Source: Saprolegnia diclina VS20
Taxonomy: Eukaryota
NCBI RefSeq assembly: GCF_000281045.1
Contig: NW_008246079.1
Location: forward strand, 627,415-663,217
Reading direction: 5' to 3'
Length of the DNA stretch: 35,803 nucleotides
Shown piece by piece: positions 32,610 through 35,803 of this stretch (its first letter is position 1; every line of letters starts with the position of its first letter). The notes under the pieces were generated by a model. It was not told the origin of the DNA and made no database searches. It saw only the letters and a program-made list of their open reading frames with translations. The position numbers and the translations under genes were made by a program.

Positions 32610-34430
32610 ATGCCGAGGAAGACCGACGCGGGTCGGGACCATGGCCGGCCCACGAAGAAGCGCAAGCCAGCCAAGCGTGCAGCGTCGACGAGTGAGCCAA
32701 GCGCAGCCTTCCTAGCAGCGCTCGAGGCCCAGCGAGCGAGCCACAACACACCGGCGCCCGAGCCACAATTGGCGTCCGAGCCAACACCAGTGCCCAAAGC
32801 GATGGCAGGGTTCTACTACGACGCCGAGCAGAAAAAGTACTTTCGCGGCAACGCGCCGACAAAGGCGCCGCTTAGCTTACACAAGCTCGTCGTGTCGACG
32901 CCGACCGCGAGCTCGAGGCGGCGCTTCGACGGCCGGTCCAACGTCACCACGCTCTTGTCGATGCGCCAAGTCCGCTCACCGTGGGCACGTCACGACTACG
33001 ATATCGCCCGTCTTGTGTGGCGCAAGGTACCTCTACTGGGCGCTTGTGTGAAGGTTGATCACTTTGGTACCTTCTGCAGACGCCTCGTATCACGTCGCTC
33101 CCGTCGCCCGTGTACAACCCCATCGACATGGCATTTGCCAATGGCAGGCTCGCCGTTGCAGGTATCCCCTTTGCACATCGCAAGCGCCCACAACATGCGC
33201 TGTAGATGCTAGCGGCAGCATTGCCGTATGCGAGCTTACCGACGTCGGTCTCCAGAACGGCGCCGAGATTGCGGCGGGCGCTGGGCTGCAAGTATGCTAC
33301 CACTGCTAATGGCTGGTGAGCATCACGGACTTTATGATTAGATGACACGTCTGCAGTGGCAACGAGCCTATCAAACGACGCCAGCGCTCGGCTACACGGC
33401 GCTCGGCGGTGCGAATCGTCCAGGGTTTCTTCGCGTCCACCGCGACAACGTGCTGCTCTACGTACTACGACAACTTGTACTGCATGTTCCTTCTTATGCT
33501 TCTAGAACCAAGCGCTTCAGGACGCGTGGTGCCTTGCGTGGTATGTCTCTCTATTTGACCATGTTGCCTCACTGACGCGCATGCGTAGGCATCCCCACAA
33601 GGCGACGCACATTGCCGTCGGCGCCACCCACAAGTAGACTGCGACGTCGGCTACACGGCTGAGCATCGTCCTATAGGAAGTCGCGGGCCGTGGTACTTGA
33701 CATGGAGTACAACCAGCGTGTGCGAGGACCGTCGTCCAACGTGGCGTCCGATGTCTTTGCACAAGCCTTTCTGAGCTGCGTAGCGTCTCCTGCTGCCACG
33801 TCATGTGCCTCAGTCGTCCCGTAGGGCCAAGTGCTCTTCAACGGCACGCGCAGTGGCGTCGCCTGGCTCTGGTACATCAAGCGACCTCATAGTGCTCGGG
33901 AATCGAAACGAGTCATGTGGACGTAGGGACCTTCGGTCGCACGCAGTGTGCTTGCAACTGCGCCTGCCCCGCGCGGCGTCGATCAGCGATGTTGCGATCC
34001 TCGGCAACGACGTGTCGTGTATTCTCGGCGCGCGCGACGGTGGCCTCGAGCGCTACGACCTCCGCGCTCTGCGTGCGCCCGTGCTGACCTACGCCGTGCT
34101 GACGCCCGCGCAGTCGCATGCGACGCGTCTCGCCGTGGTGCGTCACTTGACCACTCTGTACTGCTGCTAAGGCTCATGTAGGACGCGACCGAGACGGTGC
34201 TGTGCGGCCACGTTAGCGCGCACGAAGTGGGTCTCTGGGATGTCGACACAGGATGCTTGCTCTCGCGGGCGCTGGACACACCACGCGACGCACGACTATA
34301 TGGCGTCGCGCTCGATACTGCGACATGTGCGTGGCGCGTCGTCAGTGCTTGCGTGACGGCCGATCGCGTGTCATCCCACCTGCTGTGTGCAGAGTACAGC
34401 GCTACTTCGAGAACAACGACGAGTAGCTAG
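32610..34430 (+). CDS. DCAF4/WDR21-like WD40 protein (putative CUL4-DDB1 substrate receptor), multi-exon
   Basis: N-terminal NLS-like TKKRKPAK, motif MAGFYYDAEQKKYFR (DCAF4-type PGFY.D.EK.RYF), LFNGTRSG..W|DLR, ERYDLR and GLWDVDTG WD/DxR motifs. Internal exon boundaries are approximate. Confidence 0.75.
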
Positions 34431-34490
34431 CGACGAAGGTCCCAATATACCAGAGTATCGCGGTGCAGCAAGTGAAGAGGGCGAGAAGGG

Positions 34491-35308
34491 TTAAGTTAAA
34501 AAGAGGAGGAGACTCGACGCGACGACAAAGCTCGCAATGCCGAGAAGCGCGTGGGCTTCCTGGACGCGGTTGGTCACCTTGAGCTCAAAGTCGACCTGCG
34601 CGCAGACAACGGGCGGGCTCGAGTCGCCGCACACAGCGTGCAGCACGATGCTCCAGCGCGGCGTCACGTGGCCGTACGCGGGGAACGAGACATTGTGCCA
34701 CGCTTGCGAGATGCGTCCGTCTTCGACGACGAGTCGGCCGAGTTGGTGCGACAAGTTCACATTGTGGCGGCTCTCGTGGGCGGCGATGAGGCGGTCTTTC
34801 GCGACGCTCGTCGGCCTGGTGCACGTCGTGTCGTCGACAAAGAGGGCCGAGAGCTTTGCAATCTACAAGACAGCATGCCATGAGCGCCACGTGTCTCGCT
34901 ATGCCATGGCAAACGTACCGTCGGTGGCGCGACGACGCGCGTGAAGTCCAAGTGGTCGCACTTGTCGAGGAAGCCCACGATGGGCACCATGCCCATTTCG
35001 TTCACGACGAGATACCACTTGTACTCTTTGATGTGGTGACCGCAGCTCGGGTGCAAGGCGTGGACTTGCGTCATATTGAGCGCGCGCATGTCAATGTCGG
35101 CGAGGATCGTGACCAAGGTCGAGGACGGCGTCGGGTACACGACGTGGATCGAGCCGAGGACACCGCCGGCGCGGGCCTTGTCAAAGCTGTACTCGATCGT
35201 CGTTGCCATGGGCGACGAGGCCGTGGCTACATGTACACAGAGCGAGAGTAGTCCAAGCATGTGCAGCCAGCGCATGCTCCAGCCGCAGCGGACGTCCGTC
35301 GGCCTCAT
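34491..35308 (-). CDS. Secreted or membrane-anchored Cu/Zn-SOD-fold-like protein with degenerate metal ligands; intron 34863-34918
   Basis: Signal-like WLHMLGLLSLCVHVATA, then GGVLGSIHVVY, EYKWYL, NLSHQLGRL, WSIVLHAVCG...PVVCA, which resemble oomycete SOD-like proteins as I recall them. Hydrophobic C-terminus HALLGIASFVVASSLLLFLT. Confidence 0.65.
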
Positions 35309-35803
35309 CTTCGTCGCCGGCAGCTTTATTTACGGAATGCACTGGGACAGGTATATTTGGTTCGGTCCAATACTAATATTCGCGCGTCTCAATGCCCATA
35401 CAAAGATAAAGTGAATATGCTGTCTCGGCAATAAAATAGATTTGAATATGGTGCAAGTGGAAACGGGCAGATCGTTTTTCTGCAGGGATTTTAGAAGCCG
35501 CCAATTTTAATACGACCAATATATTTGTTTTTAATATATTGTTGATCGCCGCCTGTCGGTACTCGACAACCTCAAGAACACCAGCGGTTTCGACGATGCC
35601 ACTCCTCACTGTCGTACTTGCGAGGGCAGGACGTAGTACAACGCTAGACGCTCGTGCCGACCACCTTCCCGCGCTCAACTTGATACACGCAGTAGTTATA
35701 CGAAGACAAAATACCGAAATCCTGGTTCATGGGATATGAAACCGAGCCGTTATGGTTTCGTCCGCGATCTTATTTGCGGAGATTCGATTGTTCACGTCGG
35801 TTG

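Noticed and set aside
35309..35803. AT-rich terminal segment with short ORFs
   Set aside because: No coding signal or recognisable element. Probably the upstream region of the SOD-like gene.

Overview
Gene-dense eukaryotic DNA with high GC at third codon positions and many 43-60 nt GT-AG introns. This pattern best fits an oomycete of the Saprolegniales (Saprolegnia/Achlya-like); the assignment is an inference. I can support 19 protein-coding genes, spliced by eye, so boundaries are approximate where stated. In order: a partial membrane protein, a coiled-coil protein, a flavin reductase-like protein, RPS20, a PWI-like mRNP protein, CWC27, two tandem FLVCR-like MFS transporters, a type I membrane protein, an ANK-FYVE-TPR protein, MUS81, a CLASP-N/TOG protein with SxIP and a TM helix, two head-to-head Aurora kinases, a small MGxxxS coiled-coil protein, a Tousled-like pseudokinase, MnmA/TRMU, a DCAF4-like WD40 protein and a degenerate SOD-fold secreted protein. 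I saw no rRNA, tRNA, CRISPR array or autonomous mobile element. Most notable: (i) a ~10.8 kb run of cell-division and genome-maintenance genes including an intact but catalytically degenerate Tousled-like kinase beside twin Aurora kinases; (ii) a putatively membrane-anchored TOG protein; (iii) a recurrent non-coding palindrome, GTATCAA-G-TTGATAC; (iv) a promoter-enriched TCCGGA motif; (v) a SOD-like protein lacking most copper ligands.
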